This document shows positions 59,011-64,000 of a stretch of 64,000 nt of DNA, in pieces. Under the pieces are notes generated by a model that saw only the letters and a program-made list of their open reading frames with translations, did no database searches and had not been told where the DNA came from. Each line of letters opens with the position of its first letter. Position 1 is the stretch's first letter. The translations under genes were made by a program, and so were the position numbers. The stretch is from Camelus dromedarius (Eukaryota). Where the stretch lies: the NCBI RefSeq assembly GCF_036321535.1, contig NC_087471.1, positions 4,898,001-4,962,000 on the forward strand, given 5' to 3'.

Positions 59011-61899
59011 TAAGTATGAAGGTACAGATACCTACCTGCACCTTAATACAGACTTAGTCATCACGGGCTCTGGAGGGCCACTCTCGTCCGCTGGATGTAC
59101 TGCCACCTTTCTCTGCTGTTTCCATCTCTGGGCCAAAGTTATTTTGAAGGGCAAAAAAAAAAAAAGTGTATTCTAATAGCTAGAAGGCAAACAGAATTGA
59201 TTCATCTTCGCCAAGTCTGTCTCTAAGCCTAGTAGAAACAGAAACTGGTCAGGCTTCATTAATAATGCAAAACACTCCAGCCACATGCTCCAGTGACCTG
59301 GAACTCTAGTTCTGTGGTAAATAAGACAAATAACTTTCTCACAGGTACTTGAAGAAGAACCCCCTCTACCTCAACTATCCTGAGATGTTGATTGATGAGC
59401 AAAACTCTCAACACCCCCCACCTTTCCTTCCACAAAAACAGTTTCAGAGGCAAGGAGCTCACCAGAGATGGTGTCGTCTCGGTGCAGCCCTCAGCAGTCC
59501 AGTCGTGACAGTGCCCAGAGTTAGTCTTCCCCAGCCACATCAAACATTTTAAACAGTGAAGCAGCTCCTTTCATAATTGACAGTTTTAAGAAGGACACCC
59601 CAAAAATAGCCCTTTTTCCTGATCAATTTCACATGATTCAGCATAATAAATGTGAAAGCTATCTTTAAACTCTGAGTTTCCCCAAGAAATCTTGTGGAGG
59701 TTTTATTCAGTTGAAGCATGAGTTTATTACCTCTAGGCTATCCTGGGCGTCACGTCAAGTGTCTCTGGGCAGTGTCCCCTGACACCAGCTGTACCTGAAC
59801 ACTGACAAAACACCTGGATCCTTCACTGCAGATTATTCCACCGTATTATGTATTTGTTTCATTGGCTTTGCCAGCAAATAGGGTTATCTATCCCCCTATA
59901 GTATAAACCAGACAAAGGAAGAAGGGATTTGACCCACGATCCAATTTTAGGTTTTTAGATTTTAAGAAATATGGATTTTCAGCCAAGTATCAATTTTCTA
60001 ATGACAGGTGATAAGCTATTAAGAAATGATAATTTCATATTCTCCAAATATGAATTTAAGAACTTGTTTTCTTCTCCCCAAGTCGGAAAGTGTTCTACTA
60101 CCTTATGAATTTTCAACCAAGTGTGGAAACAGACTTCTCAAAATATCGATGGTCGTGTTACGGGTAAGACAAATTGATTCTAAAGCCACAACCTCTCTAT
60201 ATCCCGTCTACCACCAGCCCACCCTCCCTCCATCCAAGATCTTTGGCTAGATCTACAAACCTAAGTTGCCATGTGAAGCTACCCAATTGCCAAAGGAGAA
60301 AAGAAAAGCAAAGAGAATCACAGGGAACCTGCAAAAGCCGTAACTGATAAGGCCTGAAAAAAATGTGTATGACTGTAACTATTTAAAACTCCTAGTTCTT
60401 TAAATATTTTTAAAGTAGACTTGATTTTTAAAAAGTACTCGCCAGCCATAACACAACAGCCAGTTAGGTGCTAGATAATGTCTGAGAGGATCTTTGCATC
60501 TGTAGCATGTCTCCTGGGTCCATTCCATCTATCTTGGGTTTCTTTGATACTCTGGAATTCTCTAGTCAGCCGCTTTGGTGTATTTCAGGATCAGTGGGTC
60601 ACTAAACAAATCAGCTGCCAGACAGTGGGACATCAGATGATCGGAATGGGGAATGAAATCAAGCTTGGAATATTACCCCCTTCCTCAGAAAACCCTTATG
60701 GTTCTCAGGACTGCCTGGCTGCTGTCTGTTCATTCATCAGAACCCACTATAAGCCAGATACCTTTTGGAGGGTCAGCAACAGAAAAGGAAACTCAAAAGA
60801 AAACCAAAAAACATTATTGGCAAGGCAGATTCATTGCCACTCTTCTGTATAGGAAGTGCCAACTGACTCCAGTGTGGTGAACAGTTCTTATACAAACACC
60901 ATATACAGTGATACTTTAAATTCTGTTTGATAATCATGAAGACAGACAACTCATAGTAAACATAAGTGTAACAGCATCATCTGTGTGTCCCAAACCATCC
61001 ATCCCATTACTGGGTTACAAAGGAATGAAGAGTGACTCATGAGTTATCTCCTAACCCCTGCTATTGGATAACGAATTGAGCAAGTCCACACACACCTGGG
61101 GCAACCAAACTCAGAATAAAAACATTAACTGGACAATAGATGTGACCTTAGGTAAAGCTCTTCAGCGTGCGACAGTAGTGACAGGGTGGGCGAAGGTGAG
61201 AGCAGTACCCTCAATATCCCAAGCCACCCCTCTTTGGCCCTTAGACAGATGACGCTGCAATGAAGTTAAAGCATCCTCCCAAGGCTGAATTAGTTCAACT
61301 GGGAAATCAGTGGGGATAAAACTACTTTTCAGTTTAAGAATATAACAGGCCATTATCGTTTGTATTTTTCGGAAAACCAATTCCCCACCTTTAACACCTT
61401 GCAGTCTGGGACGGGTTACAAAGCAAACCAAGTCATAAACTACTAAGCAAGCTACTACAAACGCTGCAGGAGAACCCTTCCATTCGTCTAGATCCCTGCC
61501 ACTGCGAATTCTGCCTCCACACCCTACCTCGTGCCTTTTCCCTCTCTTAGTCTAAACTTTCATGCCCACTTTTCAAGGCCCAAAGTAGAGCCCCACTCCC
61601 TCTCTGAAGTCTCCCCCTACTAGCCCCGGCCCTAAGTCTTACGGCGTACTCACCGGCTTATCTGAGGTATTCCTAACCCCACTCCTTCCCCGTCCCAGCA
61701 ACCAAAGCCGGGACCAGACGAGAAAGGTCGTAACGAATGAAAAGAATGTGCATCTGGGGCGTGGGAGAGGCTGCAAAGGAGGGAGCTGGAGAGCAGCTGG
61801 ACCCCATTCGGGGGAAGCCCTCGCAGAGAGCGCCCCCGGCTGCCTGCTTGAGCTGGTTAACAGCTCGATGCCACAGGCCCCTACCGAAAGGAAAAGAGC

Positions 61900-62260
61900 A
61901 AAAGCCGCTGACAACAGCCCCCAGACCGCGGGAAGAAAGCATTCAACCCCAACCCGGCACCACTCGCCCGAGAAGCCTCCACGCGCCGGAGGTGGCCCGG
62001 CGCGCTCCTCGCTCCCCGCCGCGTCTGCGCACGGCGGCCCGCCCCCGAGGCGCAGGCACGCCCTCTCCGCGCCGCTCGCCCCGCCCCCCAGCTCTGCGCA
62101 GGCGCGGGCAGGGCGCCTTCCTGCTCCCGCGGGCCTCCGTACTGCGTCTAGCCTGAGTGCTCCGTGGTCGCTGGAGCGTTCTTCTGGGGGAAGGCCAGAG
62201 TTGGGCCGTGTGCCCGGCGGAGGTATCCGCGGAGGTGGTCACAGGGACACTGTTCCAAGA
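61900..62260. promoter_or_regulatory. CpG island with NRF1 and Sp1/GC-box motifs, no coding exon attached in the window
   Basis: Dense CpG and very GC-rich. TGCGCAGGCGCG at 62095-62106 fits NRF1 YGCGCANGCGCR. CCGCCC boxes near 62039 and 62081. Confidence 0.75.
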
Positions 62261-62879
62261 CCTGGTCCTTGGCCGGGAAGAACTCAGTGGAGTGGGTGAA
62301 CAGGCTGGAAAGGGTGGTCACTGCGCTCTGAGTTTGCTCTGGGAGTAAGGAGGAGGGGCCTCCAGGAACGAGCAAGTCACAGGAAGGCAATGAAAAAACA
62401 CTGAGGCATGAAACATCCTGTACCTTTCCAGGAGTTGCAAAAACAGCAGTGACCGGAGGGAGAGGGCAGTGCTGAACGTGTCTGGATGAAGGGTGGGGCA
62501 CAAGAGGTTGGGATTTGATCCCAAAAGCCATTAAGGTTCAAAGCAAGCTAGTGACCAATCTTTAACTCACCAACTAGTGAGTAATAAGAATTTGAACCAA
62601 GACAAGGGCTGTGAAGAGAGAGTTGAGAAATATTGGGGGTGAGGGGTGCAATCAGCGGACTTTGTGAGGGTCAAGGAAAGCGCATTGTAATATGATTCCC
62701 AGGATCCAGAATAGGGCTCCAAGTGACTCAAGGCGGAGGAATCGTGGGACACTATGGAGGAGAGGGCGGGGCATTTGGTGAGCCTGGATGGAACTCTTAT
62801 CCAAGGAGACTTCCCTGCTCTTGCAAACAGAGCACCTGGAATTGCACAAAAAGTAAGAAAACAGAAAAAGAGGGAAGAC

Positions 62880-64000
62880 GTCCCAATCATTTTATAAAAC
62901 AAGCATTCCCTGATAACCAAAACCAGACGAAGGCATTAAAGAAGAATGGGAAAACACCTTCAGACTGACCTCCCTCATGAACGTGAACGCAAAAATACCT
63001 AACAAAATATAAACAAATCAAGTCCACGAGTATATGAAAAAGCATAATACTTCATGACCAAATGGGATTGACCTAGAAATGCAAGTTGGTTTAAAACATT
63101 CAAAGACTCAGTAATTCACCATATAAACGAATGTGGAAAAGCTGATTGTCTCAATGGATAAAGAAAAGGCACATGACAAAATTCAGTACCCATTCATGAT
63201 AAAAATTGTCAGCAAGCTAGAATGAGAAACACTGTTAACCTGTTAAAAAGACGTCTATGAACACCCTACCACCAGCAGCATACCTGAAGCTGAGAGACTG
63301 AATGTCTCCCCTAAGATAGAAAACAAGAAAGAATGCCCACTCTTACCACTTCTATTCCGCTTTGTACCTGAGGTCCTAACTACAGCAAATAGGCAAGAAA
63401 ATAAATAAGTATATGAATAAAAGGCGCATAGGTCAAAAAGGAAGAAATAAAACTGTCTTTATTCACAGATGTCATGATCTGGGGTACAAAAAAGCTACTG
63501 GAACTAATGAATTTTGCAAAATCAGAATACAAAGTCAATATACGAAAGCCAGCTGGATGTCTGTATACCAAAAGTAAACTATTACAAGATGAAATTTTAA
63601 CATATATACTATTTGCTGTAGCATCCGAAAACATGAAATACATAGGAATAAGTTTAACAAGATGTGTGCCAGATCTGAAAACAAAAATCTATAAAACATT
63701 ACTGAGGAAAATTAAAGATCCAAATAAATGAAGAAATTAAAACATGTTCATGGATTGGAGGACTCAAAATTGGGATGGCAATTTTCCCCAAATTGAACTA
63801 TGCATTCAACAAGATCCCAGTAAAATTCCCAGGTTTTTTTGCTTGTTTGTTTGTTTTTGTAGAAACTGACAGGCTGATTCTAAAATTTATATGAAAATGC
63901 AAAGAATCTGGAAGACCCAGAACAGTTTTGAAATAGAAGTACAGAGTTGGAGAACTCAACTACCTGATTTCAAGATTTACTATAATGCTACAGCATTCAG
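62880..64000 (+). mobile_element. Decayed L1 ORF2 (reverse transcriptase region), continues past the window end
   Basis: RLTSLMNVNAKIPNKI resembles L1 RPISLMNIDAKILNKI; ORFs 63474-63731 (LLELMNFAKSEYKVNIRKP) are frameshifted ORF2 pieces. Confidence 0.9.

Noticed and set aside
61737-62299. 139-aa and 183-aa Arg/Pro/Ala/Gly-rich ORFs
   Set aside because: Typical stop-poor reading frames of a CpG island; no homology recognised.
1-64000. Prokaryotic features (operons, CRISPR arrays, rRNA) or an intact retroviral or transposase gene
   Set aside because: The sequence is a spliced mammalian locus, and all mobile elements are truncated or decayed.

Overview
Mammalian genomic DNA, most likely a camelid (alpaca/camel), judged from five tRNA-derived Vic-1-type SINEs and a camelid-like young L1 3' end. 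Most of the window is the + strand exportin-7 gene (XPO7). Positions 1-24590 are the distal part of the long first intron; the canonical MADHVQ first exon is not in the window. Coding exons 2-27 can be read and spliced in frame. Exon 6, the ends of exons 5 and 9, and the coding part of terminal exon 28 fall inside N-gaps; filling them with the lengths recalled from the human protein gives the expected 1087 aa. Notable points: (1) an alternative first exon encoding MRDPGRK, flanked by GATA/CACCC motifs and resembling the erythroid-specific Xpo7 isoform; (2) two minor-spliceosome (U12) introns, an AT-AC intron 16 and an atypical GT-AG intron 20; (3) a candidate in-frame alternative last exon with its own AATAAA about 1 kb past the normal poly(A) site; (4) an orphan CpG island with NRF1/Sp1 motifs and antisense splice signals; (5) N-gaps that fall mostly on conserved or multicopy sequence. 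The rest is ordinary interspersed repeats (L1, L2, L3/CR1, MIR, hAT-Charlie, Tigger, ERV1 LTR). There is no evidence for prokaryotic features or an unrelated novel protein-coding system. Comparisons with human XPO7 are from memory, and repeat subfamily names and boundaries are approximate.
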